Source of the DNA: Fimbriiglobus sp.
GTDB taxonomy: Bacteria > Planctomycetota > Planctomycetia > Gemmatales > Gemmataceae
NCBI GenBank assembly: GCA_035539575.1
Contig: DATLIF010000338.1
Location: forward strand, 1-41,633
Direction: 5' to 3'
Length of the DNA stretch: 41,633 nucleotides
Every line of letters begins with the position of its first letter. Position 1 is the first letter of the stretch. The position numbers and the translations under genes were made by a program. The notes beneath the pieces are model-generated. The model made no database searches. It saw nothing but the letters and a program-made list of their open reading frames with translations, and was not told the origin of the DNA. Shown one piece after another: positions 16,628 through 24,943 of the stretch.

Positions 16628-18790
16628 TTATCGCCCGCCGGGGTCTCTACGCTGGAGCGGGCCGATGTACTCGGTCGCGATCACCACGTCGTCGAACCAG
16701 ACCCTGCTGACGTGCCCCTTCACCGCTTTCGTTATGTAGACGTACAGCCAGACATAATTGAGATTCAACTCCTTTGCGGTCCGCCAGCGGAAACCATCGA
16801 ACGGGGCGCCGCCCTCCGGCACGGTGAACGACTCCGGGCCGCTCTTCGCGTCGCTCCACCGGATCCCTTCGCCCCCTTCACCGCGCTGGAACTTGTCGTA
16901 TACCCACTTCCCCTTCGGGAAGCCCTTGCCGAGGTGGCCGACCGACTTGCCGTCGATCCACAGGGCCGCCTCGCCGTTAGAGTCGCCGACGTCGTTCATC
17001 TTTACCATGAACTCGACGCACACCCACTTGCTGCGCTCGACCTTCAGCTTCGGGTCGCGGATGAAGGTGTTGCCCCAGGTCTGCCCCCTCGGCGGGCTGC
17101 CGCGCATCTCGCACCAGTACGTGTAGAAGTCCCAGACCCAGTTGTTGCCGAACGGCTCGACCCCCACGGTGAACGTCTTGTCGCCGGCCGGCCGCAGCCC
17201 GGCCCCGCCCTGCGGCCACGACGTCGGCGGGTTGTAGCCGCCGATGTTCGTGCCAAAGTGGTGGATCGGGGCACACTCGGGGTCAAACTTGACGTAGAAC
17301 CGGGCATAGAGTTTGTCATAACCCGGTTTGAGCCGACGAAACAGTTGCCCGCCGGTCCCCTGTCCGCCGACGTGCGTCACCAGCAGCGATTGCTTGCCGC
17401 CGCTACCTGCCGGCACGTCGGCGGACAGGGAAAGGTTGTCCGGCCCGGAGGCCGTCTCCCAGCGGCTCGTCACCCCGGCGAGGCCCTTGGCCTCGAAGTT
17501 CTCCGCGAAGATGACCCGTGGGTCTTTCTCGATGCCCGCGTCGCCGGGATACCCGTCCGCGATGCCGGCGGTGTTCGGCTTCGCGTCCTGCTTCACCTGT
17601 CGCAGTCGCTCGAGTCGTTCGCGCCCGCGGCGGTCGATCCAGGACGTGCGGCACTCCTCGCACAGTTCCTCGAAAAGCCGGATCGCCTCGTCCGTCTTGC
17701 CGGCGCGGGCCAGCGCCTCCGCTTCCCTGAACCGCTCCTCGCCGGTGGTCAGCCCGGCGGCCATGATGCGGATGGCCTCCTCGCGGGTGACGTTCGACGG
17801 CACCTTGGCGAGCACCGGCGGGTTCGGGTCGGTGAGGACGCCGTAGGCAGCCGGGACCCGCTCGCGGAACAGCCGGCCGCGCATGTCCTGCTGCATATTG
17901 AACGCGTCCCCGCCCTGGCGGCTGCCGGCCGGGTCGATGTCCGCGATCGCCAGGCCGTCATCGCCCTCGGCCTGCGCGACGATCTTGCCCTGCGGGGAGA
18001 TGATCATGCTCCCGCGGCCGCGCTGGGCGACCACCAGCCAGACGAAGTTCTCCACCGCCCGGGTGCGGAACGCGGCCAGGCTGACGTCGCCGTCCCCGAT
18101 CGCCGCCCCACCGAGGGTCGGGTGGAAGATCACGTCCGCCCCCTGCAGCGCCAGACACCGCGGCGCCTCCGGGAAGACCATGTCGTAGCAGATCAGCATC
18201 CCGACGGTGCCCAGGCCGGGCGCCTCGAACACCGGGAACCGGTCGCCGCGGGCGTGGCCCTGCTCGGGCAGCGGGAGGTTGACCTTGTGGTACCGGCCGA
18301 TCTCCTTGCCGTCCCGCCCCAGCAGGAACGCGGTGTTATGCGAGGTGCCGTCCGGCTCGACGGTGTCGTTGCAGCAGACGAGGTACATGCGGTGCTTCGC
18401 CGCCGCCTTCCCGAGCCGGTCGAGCATCCGCGTCACCGCCTCGGGCAATACCTCCCGAAGCCGGGTCGGGTGGGCCACCTCCCACTTGAGCAGGCCGAGC
18501 GTGTCCTCCGGCAGCGCCACCGCGCCGCAGCCGGCCTCCCCGGCCTTGTGGACGAGCTTCTCCAACTCACCGAGTGAGGCATCGACGCGGGCCAGCGCCT
18601 CGGCAGGCGTCAGCCGGTAATCGATGGTCCGGTTCCGCGGCTGGGCGGCCGCGACGCGTATCACCGACTTGCCCTTCGGGGCCGGCGGGGCGTCGTCGCC
18701 GGCACTGGCCGGTGTGGGCTGCCCAACACCCAGGAACAGTGCGCAGAGGACGGAAAGGCACGGCTTACTCAGCAGGTGGAGCATGTCCAT
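16628..18790 (-). CDS. Secreted fusion protein: carbon-nitrogen hydrolase (nitrilase superfamily) domain plus a C-terminal ConA-like/polysaccharide-lyase-like domain
   Basis: Signal peptide MDMLHLLSKPCLSVLCALFLG from Met 18790. C-N hydrolase E-K-C triad context: VALPED, YHKVNLP, MLICYDMVFPE. A helical linker follows. The ~380-aa C-terminal beta-rich domain (YARFYVKFDPECAPIHHFGTNIGGYNP...WVCVEFMVKMN...LWIDG...VWFDDVVIA) resembles the lectin/lyase fold. Confidence 0.75.
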   Translation of the reverse strand: MDMLHLLSKPCLSVLCALFLGVGQPTPASAGDDAPPAPKGKSVIRVAAAQPRNRTIDYRLTPAEALARVDASLGELEKLVHKAGEAGCGAVALPEDTLGLLKWEVAHPTRLREVLPEAVTRMLDRLGKAAAKHRMYLVCCNDTVEPDGTSHNTAFLLGRDGKEIGRYHKVNLPLPEQGHARGDRFPVFEAPGLGTVGMLICYDMVFPEAPRCLALQGADVIFHPTLGGAAIGDGDVSLAAFRTRAVENFVWLVVAQRGRGSMIISPQGKIVAQAEGDDGLAIADIDPAGSRQGGDAFNMQQDMRGRLFRERVPAAYGVLTDPNPPVLAKVPSNVTREEAIRIMAAGLTTGEERFREAEALARAGKTDEAIRLFEELCEECRTSWIDRRGRERLERLRQVKQDAKPNTAGIADGYPGDAGIEKDPRVIFAENFEAKGLAGVTSRWETASGPDNLSLSADVPAGSGGKQSLLVTHVGGQGTGGQLFRRLKPGYDKLYARFYVKFDPECAPIHHFGTNIGGYNPPTSWPQGGAGLRPAGDKTFTVGVEPFGNNWVWDFYTYWCEMRGSPPRGQTWGNTFIRDPKLKVERSKWVCVEFMVKMNDVGDSNGEAALWIDGKSVGHLGKGFPKGKWVYDKFQRGEGGEGIRWSDAKSGPESFTVPEGGAPFDGFRWRTAKELNLNYVWLYVYITKAVKGHVSRVWFDDVVIATEYIGPLQRRDPGGR

Positions 18791-18824
18791 CGACCCCTTG
18801 GGGCGTTGCAAGGCGATCATAGTG

Positions 18825-20630
18825 TCAGCGGCCCTTCGAGGGTGGCTTCGGTTCAACAACTTCGGGGAGCGCCTCGCCCTCACGCAGCCGCCACCAGCGC
18901 TGGCCTTCCAGGCCGGTGAAGGTTTGCTCGCGTCCCGAGGGCCAGCGGACCGTGACGCGCTCCGCCCGCTTCGCCGCGCCGAGCCCGACGAGCAAGCGTC
19001 GCTCGCTCGCCGACAGATAGCTGCCGCCGCCGTTCACGAAGCGGACCTGCTTGCCGGCCGTGGTTTCGATCTCAACGCGCGCGCCGATCGCGTTGCGGTT
19101 GCTCGTCTTGCCATCCCCAACCAGTTCTAGACGCAGCCAACCGTGGGCCGTCTCCGTGCGATTGTGTAAGAGCGCGATCGGGCCGCCGACGTGGCTGAAG
19201 GCCAGATCGGGCCGGCCGTCGTTGTCGAAATCCGCCCAGGCCAGTCCGCGGCCGACGCGCGGCTCCCGGAAATAGACACCCACCTCGGCCGAGCCGTCCC
19301 GGAAGCGCCCCGACCCCTGACCGAGGAAAAGCTGTGCCTCCTGGGCGTAGGGCGCGCTATAGACCTCGGCGGCATGGCGTTCGACGTGACCGTTGGCGAC
19401 GGCCAGGTCGAGCCGGCCGTCCAGATCGACGTCACAGAAGACCGTGCCGAAGCCGAGCCGGTTCAGACTCGGCACACCCAGGCCGGAGCGGTGCGTCCCG
19501 TAGTGGAAGTGCATGCGGCCCGCGTTCAGGAAGAGGACGTTCGGCACGCCGTGAAAATTGGTCACGAACAGAGAGGGCCGTCCGCTGTCGTCCAGGTCGC
19601 CCGCGTCGACGCCCATGCCCGCGATGTTCTCGCCGCTCGACCCCACGGCGCAGCCGCTGAGCATGGCCTTCTCGACGAACTTTCCGCCGCCCTGGTTGTG
19701 GAAGAGGTAGGCCGGCCGCATGTCGTTGGCCGCGTAGATGTCGATCCGCCCGTCGTCGTCCAGATCGGTGAGAACCACGCCGAGCCCGGGCGCGGGCGAC
19801 GCGGCGGCGACGCCGGACGTTTCAGTCACGTCGGAAAACTTCCCGTCGCCCTCGTTGCGATAGAGCCGGTGCGTCACCGCGGCGAACTGACTCGGCATGC
19901 AATTGAAGAGCACTTTCTCGGGGCCGTACTCGCAGAGTGGGTAATTCGCGAGATCGACCTCGACATAGTTGCACACGTAGAGATCCAGGTCGCCGTCACC
20001 CTCGATGTCGCCCCAGCCACAACTCGTGGCCCAGTGTGGGTCGTGCAGGCCACCCGCCCTGGCGGTCACGTCCGCGAACCGCCGCCCGCCCCGGCCGTCG
20101 GGTTCGTTGTGATAGAGGATGACGCTACCCCAACAGGTCACCACGAGATCGTCGAAACCATCGCCATCGAAATCGCCGACCGCGCAGCCCATGCCGAAGC
20201 CCGCGCGGGCCAGGCCAGCCGCCTCGGTGACGTCGGCAAACGTCCCGTCGCCGGTGTTCCGGTAAAGCTTGTTCGTGGGGAGCAGACCGTCTGCGGACGA
20301 GGACCGGACGGGGCCGTCCTGAACGCAGAACAGGTCGAGCCAGCCGTCGGCGTCATAGTCGATCCAGCCCAGTCCGCTGCCCATCGTCTCGAGGATGTAG
20401 TTCCGCGGCGTGGCCGGGTCGAAGTGCCGGAACCCGATCCCACCGACGGCGGCGACGTCCACGAACCAGGGGACTCCTGGGGTCTGCGTCCCAGAGAGCG
20501 GCGGCGCGGCGACAGTGTCGGAAGACGGAGTGGAGGGGAACAGGAGAACGAACACCAGGGCAACCCCGGCAAGGGCAAGGGCCGTTGCCGCACTCAGGCG
20601 AAGCCAGATCGTAGGAACGGTTGGCTTCAC
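18825..20630 (-). CDS. CRTAC1-family protein (FG-GAP/VCBS repeats plus ASPIC/UnbV C-terminal domain)
   Basis: Repeated DxDxDGxxD motifs (DYDADGWLD, DFDGDGFDD, DIEGDGDLD, DLDDDGRID, DVDLDGRLD, DFDNDGRPD). UnbV-type C-terminus NRNAIGARVEI...GGGSYLSASERRLLVGLG...VTVRWPSG. N-terminal signal anchor. Confidence 0.9.
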   Translation of the reverse strand: MKPTVPTIWLRLSAATALALAGVALVFVLLFPSTPSSDTVAAPPLSGTQTPGVPWFVDVAAVGGIGFRHFDPATPRNYILETMGSGLGWIDYDADGWLDLFCVQDGPVRSSSADGLLPTNKLYRNTGDGTFADVTEAAGLARAGFGMGCAVGDFDGDGFDDLVVTCWGSVILYHNEPDGRGGRRFADVTARAGGLHDPHWATSCGWGDIEGDGDLDLYVCNYVEVDLANYPLCEYGPEKVLFNCMPSQFAAVTHRLYRNEGDGKFSDVTETSGVAAASPAPGLGVVLTDLDDDGRIDIYAANDMRPAYLFHNQGGGKFVEKAMLSGCAVGSSGENIAGMGVDAGDLDDSGRPSLFVTNFHGVPNVLFLNAGRMHFHYGTHRSGLGVPSLNRLGFGTVFCDVDLDGRLDLAVANGHVERHAAEVYSAPYAQEAQLFLGQGSGRFRDGSAEVGVYFREPRVGRGLAWADFDNDGRPDLAFSHVGGPIALLHNRTETAHGWLRLELVGDGKTSNRNAIGARVEIETTAGKQVRFVNGGGSYLSASERRLLVGLGAAKRAERVTVRWPSGREQTFTGLEGQRWWRLREGEALPEVVEPKPPSKGR

Positions 20631-21811
20631 CGGGTCACCCCGTCCCGCCCTGCCAGGCGTCGATGCTCGGCCGCCTTCGCCGACTCGCCCTTCTGGCCGT
20701 AGTACGAAGCCAGAAGCCGGTGTGCGGCAGCGTACCCCGGGTCCTCCCTGAGTACGACCTGTAGTGAAGCGAGTGCTTCCTCGGCCCGGCCGCTACCGAA
20801 AAGTAGTTCGGCGCGCCGGACCCGCACGGCCAGGCTCTCCGTCTCACCCGGTTGGGCTGTGTCTTTCTCGAAGTTCTCCCGCTGAACCCCGGCCAGCACG
20901 CGCTGGGCTTCCTCGGTCTGGCCAGCCCGGGCCAGGGCCAGACCGAGGTGGTAGCGGGCTTCCTTGTGTGAGCCACCACCCTCCGCGATCACCCGGCGCA
21001 GAAGCGGTATCGCCCGTTCCGCTTCATCCGCCTCGTAGTGAAGGACCGCGAGGAGCAGGAGACCGGGCGTGAACTGGGGCTGGCGAGCAAGAAGCTTGTT
21101 GAGAAGTGCCCGCGCTTCCGCGTTGGCGTCGCGGGCGTGGCACACCCGCGCCTGAAGGTAGAGCAATTCCTGATCGTCCGGTTGTCGCTGAAGATACCGG
21201 CGGCAGACGTGATCCGCGTCTTCGAACCGACCACTCGCCAGGCTGAACCAGACGACCTTTCTCGCCGTCGAGTCGTCGTTGGGCTCCAACTCGATGACGC
21301 GTCGCCCGTCCTCCAGCGCCAGTTCCTTGAGCCGCTGCTGTTCGTCCAGGGGCTTGACCCGCTGTGCACTCTGGTGCCGCAGGTCCATGCGAAGCCTGTG
21401 GGGTTCCGCCTGCTCCGGACGCAGTTGACACCAGTGTGTCAGAACCTGTTCGGCCTCGGCCGGGTTCTCCGTGCGGAGCAGTCCGACGGCCAGCGGTTTG
21501 AGGAGTTCGACGTTGTCCGGGTCGTACTCAAGCGCGCGGCGAAGCCCCGACTCGGCGTCACGATAGCGACCTTGCCGGGCCAGGCGGACGGCCTCCTGTC
21601 CCTCACGACTCGCCTCCGATCGCTCCCAGACGAGCCAGGCGACCACGCTCAGCGCCAGAACCGTCGCCGCCAAGCCGCCACGCAGGAGCCAGCGGCGAAT
21701 GCCCCGAGCGGACTGTCCGGGACGAGGGGTCGGCAGTTGCTTCGCGTGGGAGGTAGCCATGTTTGTGCGTGTGCCCCTCCCCCAGGCAGGCGACTCAGGG
21801 AGCCATCGCAT
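20627..21811 (-). CDS. Membrane-anchored tetratricopeptide-repeat protein
   Basis: N-terminal TM (LAATVLALSVVAWLVW) followed by TPR-like helical repeats (AEA...L...P....A...LG pattern). The stop overlaps the CRTAC1 start by 4 nt. Alternative start at ATG 21760. Confidence 0.75.
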   Translation of the reverse strand: MRWLPESPAWGRGTRTNMATSHAKQLPTPRPGQSARGIRRWLLRGGLAATVLALSVVAWLVWERSEASREGQEAVRLARQGRYRDAESGLRRALEYDPDNVELLKPLAVGLLRTENPAEAEQVLTHWCQLRPEQAEPHRLRMDLRHQSAQRVKPLDEQQRLKELALEDGRRVIELEPNDDSTARKVVWFSLASGRFEDADHVCRRYLQRQPDDQELLYLQARVCHARDANAEARALLNKLLARQPQFTPGLLLLAVLHYEADEAERAIPLLRRVIAEGGGSHKEARYHLGLALARAGQTEEAQRVLAGVQRENFEKDTAQPGETESLAVRVRRAELLFGSGRAEEALASLQVVLREDPGYAAAHRLLASYYGQKGESAKAAEHRRLAGRDGVTR

Positions 21812-21820
21812 TGCGACTCG

Positions 21821-22267
21821 TCATTCGATGACCACGGTGATGTCGTTGTTTTCCTTCGCCTCGATCTTGTACCTCTTCTTGAGCGTGAACGCCGGCCTTC
21901 CACCCCCAACGGGTGGGCCGCCAGTCCCGTCATCGACGGCACCGGCGGGACGGATGGTCACCTTGAATTCTCCCTCGACGGCACCGGCGAGCTTTTCGCT
22001 GCGCGCCCGGCTCGTGAGGGCGACGGTGTCCAGCTTGAACGTACCGTCCTCCTTGATGTCCCCGTAAGCCCTCTGCTCATCACTGGTGACCGACGTGAAG
22101 GTGATGAAACCACCCTTGAGCGGCTTGCCGTTCTTCAGCACCACCTTGCCCGTGACGGTGTACGTCTTGGGCAACTCCTCTTCCGGGGTGCAGCCTGGCA
22201 ACACCACAAGGATCAGTCCGAACCACAACGCGCCGAGAACCGCACGTCGCAATCCCGATCGAGACAT
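21821..22267 (-). CDS. Small lipoprotein with a carboxypeptidase-regulatory-like (Ig-like beta-sandwich) domain
   Basis: Started at Met 22267: MSRSGLRRAVLGALWFGLILVVLPGC (lipobox). Then YTVTGKVVLKNGKPLKGGFITF...DGTFKL, typical of the CarboxypepD_reg-like fold. Such lipoproteins commonly sit next to DUF1559 genes in Planctomycetes (from memory). Confidence 0.7.
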   Translation of the reverse strand: MSRSGLRRAVLGALWFGLILVVLPGCTPEEELPKTYTVTGKVVLKNGKPLKGGFITFTSVTSDEQRAYGDIKEDGTFKLDTVALTSRARSEKLAGAVEGEFKVTIRPAGAVDDGTGGPPVGGGRPAFTLKKRYKIEAKENNDITVVIE

Positions 22268-22386
22268 GGTCAATCTCCGAACCGGATCTGGACAATGAAG
22301 CCATCGCAGCGACAACAACCTGCCGCCCGGATGCCCGCTGTCACCGGGTAGCCGGGCGACAGACCACTTCCGCCCCATGCAGTCAA

Positions 22387-23373
22387 TTACCAGTCACTCG
22401 CCACGACAAGCCCGTCGGACGGGTGGCAGACGATGGCCCAGGTCGCGGCGCTGACGCCGGCACTGACGAAGCGAATGCTGCCGTCTCCCAGGCAAACCTG
22501 AATGCCCGCACTGTGGCCGGACTGGGCGCGGGCCGAATCGCAGCCGTTGTTCCACACGGGCATCACCTGGAACTTCAGACACTGGGAGTAGCCGGTAATT
22601 TCCCACGGCTCCTTGTATGCGGCGTTGGTGCAGACGATCGGGCGCAACCAACTGTTGGATTGGAACCACGAGCTGGTGGCTACGGTGCTGGTCGGGCTCA
22701 ACCGGCATGTGGCGTACATCTCGGTATAGAAGACCGTGTTACTGAGGCCGTCGGGGGTCGAGCCCGGAATCTTGGTGTAACCCTTCACCCCGTTCGGGTT
22801 CCAGGTGGTTTCGGTGTTGATGCCGTCCCCGAAGACGTTGTAGTTGGCCGCGTAGGACCCAACCGTGCCGTTCGCCTGGATTAAAAAGCTGCTGGCCGCG
22901 GCCTTGCCGCTCTGGTTCGAGGGGTCCGAGGGGCAGATGTAGGTCTTGGGCGCCACGGTATACGTGAACGGGTCGGTACTGGTGGTGCCGCCGTTGTGCA
23001 GGTCCGGATTCAGTTGCTTGTAGGCATTGTCCTGCTCGATGAAGGGCAGCAGGTGCTGGAAGATGGTGAAGTTCTTCCCGCGGTACGGACTCGGGGTCTT
23101 CATCGTCCACCAAAAGTTCTCCAACGGGTACTGGTTAGCCTGGGCGTTGGGCACGACAGCCGGCGGCAGAACGCCGTACGCGTCGTTCATGTTGTGGGTG
23201 GCCAGGCCGATCTGCTTCATGTTGTTCATGCACTGGGTCCGGGCGGCGGCCTCGCGGACCTTCTGGACGGCGGGGAGCAGGAGCCCGATGAGGATCGCGA
23301 TGATCGCGATCACCACCAACAACTCGATCAGCGTGAAGCCGGCACTCCGGCTGGACTTGAGCGGTCGGACCAT
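22387..23373 (-). CDS. DUF1559-domain protein with a prepilin-type N-terminal cleavage/methylation motif
   Basis: [50 protein letters not shown], the hallmark N-terminus of the family. C-terminal H..G.QV.LGDGS.RF motif. I start it at Met 23373 (MVRPLKSS). Confidence 0.9.
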   Translation of the reverse strand: MVRPLKSSRSAGFTLIELLVVIAIIAILIGLLLPAVQKVREAAARTQCMNNMKQIGLATHNMNDAYGVLPPAVVPNAQANQYPLENFWWTMKTPSPYRGKNFTIFQHLLPFIEQDNAYKQLNPDLHNGGTTSTDPFTYTVAPKTYICPSDPSNQSGKAAASSFLIQANGTVGSYAANYNVFGDGINTETTWNPNGVKGYTKIPGSTPDGLSNTVFYTEMYATCRLSPTSTVATSSWFQSNSWLRPIVCTNAAYKEPWEITGYSQCLKFQVMPVWNNGCDSARAQSGHSAGIQVCLGDGSIRFVSAGVSAATWAIVCHPSDGLVVASDW

Positions 23374-23663
23374 GACGGATACCTCGGGAAATGGCGTCCA
23401 CATCGGAAGGAAATGAGGCCCACCACGACTACGACTCCGCGTTCGAGCGAAGCAGGATGACGACTGCCTGGCCGGCCGGCTGGATCGTCGCGTCGGCGGC
23501 CAGTTGGATCAGAAGGTACCCGACCTGCTGGAACCCCCTCAATCCACTTTGTGGCTTGGCAATTCCATTTTTGCGACACCACCCCTTTCGCGGCTGTGTC
23601 CGTCCGGGTACGCTGTCCGGCGCATCGGTTCGACTCCCACTGCCAGCCACACAGGAACAATCA

Positions 23664-24827
23664 GTGCCACGGCCGCCGCACGTCGCACTGCTCATCGAGA
23701 CCTCACGAGCGTACGGCCGGAGCATCCTCCAGGGCGTCGTTCGGTATCTGCACGAGCACGGGCCGTGGTCCGTCTACATCCAGCCGCACGGGCTGGAGTC
23801 GCCCCCGCCCCGGTGGCTCAAGAGCTGGCGCGGTGACGGCATCCTGGCCCGGATCAACGACCGGCAGATGGCCCGGGCCGTGCAACAAACCAGGCTGCCG
23901 GCCGTGGACCTGAGGTTCACCGTTCCGGACCTGAGGCTGCCTGCCGTCGGGATCGACAACCGGGCCGTCGTCCGGCTCGCCTACCAGCACCTTTCGGACT
24001 GCGGCTTCCGGCAGCTCGCGTTCTGCGGACTACCGCGCGGGCAGAGCGTCTGGATGGACCTCCGCAGCGACCTCTTCCGCGACCTGGCGCGGGCCGACGG
24101 CCGCCCGTGTCACGTCTTCGAGGGCCCCGAGCGGAAGTCGGCCGCGACGTGGGAGGAGGAGCAAGAGGCGATCGCCGCCTGGGTGACTCGCTTGCCCCGG
24201 CCGGTCGGGGTGATGGCCTGCAACGACGACCGGGGGCAGCAGGTCCTCGACGCCTGCCGGCGGGTCGGCGCCCTCGTGCCGGAGGAGGTGGCCGTCATCG
24301 GGGTGGACAATGACGAGATCCTTTGCAGCCTGTCCAGCCCGCCGCTGACCAGCGTCGATATCAACACGGTCCAGGTCGGGTTCGAGGCCGCGGCCCTACT
24401 GGACCGGCTGATGGCCGGCGAGCGGCCGGCGGCCGAGCCGACCCTGTTGCCGCCCCGGGGCGTGGTCCCGCGGGAGTCCACCGACGTACTCGCGACGGAC
24501 GATCGCGAGCTGGCCGCCGCGGTCCGGTACATCCGCGACCACGCCTGCGGCGGGCTGCGGGTGAAGGAACTGGTGCGCAAGACCGGCGTACCGCGGCGGT
24601 CGCTGGAGCGGCGGATGGAGAAGCTACTGGGCCGCTCCCCCAAGGAAGAGATCACCCGCGTTCAGATCGAGCGGGCCAAGCGGCTCTTAACCGAGACGGA
24701 CCTGTCGGCGGCCACGGTCGCGGAGAAGTGCGGCTACAGTCAGCCAAAGTACTTCAGCCACGTCTTCCATTCCAAGGTCGGCCTGACCCCGGGTGCCTAC
24801 CGGCGGAATGCGACCCAGCCCGGCTGA
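23664..24827 (+). CDS. XylR-type transcriptional regulator (periplasmic-binding-protein-like sensor domain plus AraC-family HTH)
   Basis: VALLIETSRAYGRSILQGVVRYLHEHGPWSVYIQ is the typical XylR-family N-terminus. The C-terminal AraC HTH reads ATVAEKCGYSQPKYFSHVFHSKVGLTPGAYR. I prefer the in-frame GTG 23664 (387 aa) to the track's 23391. It is divergent from the DUF1559 operon. Confidence 0.85.
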   Translation: MPRPPHVALLIETSRAYGRSILQGVVRYLHEHGPWSVYIQPHGLESPPPRWLKSWRGDGILARINDRQMARAVQQTRLPAVDLRFTVPDLRLPAVGIDNRAVVRLAYQHLSDCGFRQLAFCGLPRGQSVWMDLRSDLFRDLARADGRPCHVFEGPERKSAATWEEEQEAIAAWVTRLPRPVGVMACNDDRGQQVLDACRRVGALVPEEVAVIGVDNDEILCSLSSPPLTSVDINTVQVGFEAAALLDRLMAGERPAAEPTLLPPRGVVPRESTDVLATDDRELAAAVRYIRDHACGGLRVKELVRKTGVPRRSLERRMEKLLGRSPKEEITRVQIERAKRLLTETDLSAATVAEKCGYSQPKYFSHVFHSKVGLTPGAYRRNATQPG

Positions 24828-24867
24828 CGCCGGATCGAGTGTCGTTTTCAACGGGGTCCAGCGAACT

Positions 24868-24920
24868 GCCGACGCCAGTCGGCGGGTGGTGCGTCCCGAC
24901 ACCCGCCGACTGGCGTCGGC
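24868..24920. repeat. REP-like palindromic element, copy 1: 21-bp perfect stem with an 11-nt loop, between convergent genes
   Basis: GCCGACGCCAGTCGGCGGGTG (24868-24888), then an 11-nt loop, then CACCCGCCGACTGGCGTCGGC (24900-24920). The same arm sequence recurs at 39268-39321. Confidence 0.85.
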
Positions 24921-24943
24921 GGCTCGCCACACCGGTATGTGCT

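Noticed and set aside
14956-20702. Plus-strand ORFs 14956-16560 (534 aa), 16577-18577 (666 aa) and 19191-20702 (503 aa)
   Set aside because: They are antisense to the DapA-like, C-N hydrolase and CRTAC1 genes, which have recognisable motifs. The products have no motifs and a biased Arg/Pro/Gly/Val composition.
23557-23574. Sigma-54-like TGGCA...TTGC in the divergent region upstream of the XylR-type gene
   Set aside because: The GG and GC elements are 3 nt further apart than the strict TGGCAC-N5-TTGC spacing, and sigma-54 promoters tolerate almost no spacing change.
23627-23637. GGTTCGACTCC resembling a tRNA T-loop
   Set aside because: The flanks cannot form a 5-bp T-stem (ATCGG versus CCCAC). 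I could not build an acceptor or anticodon arm around it.
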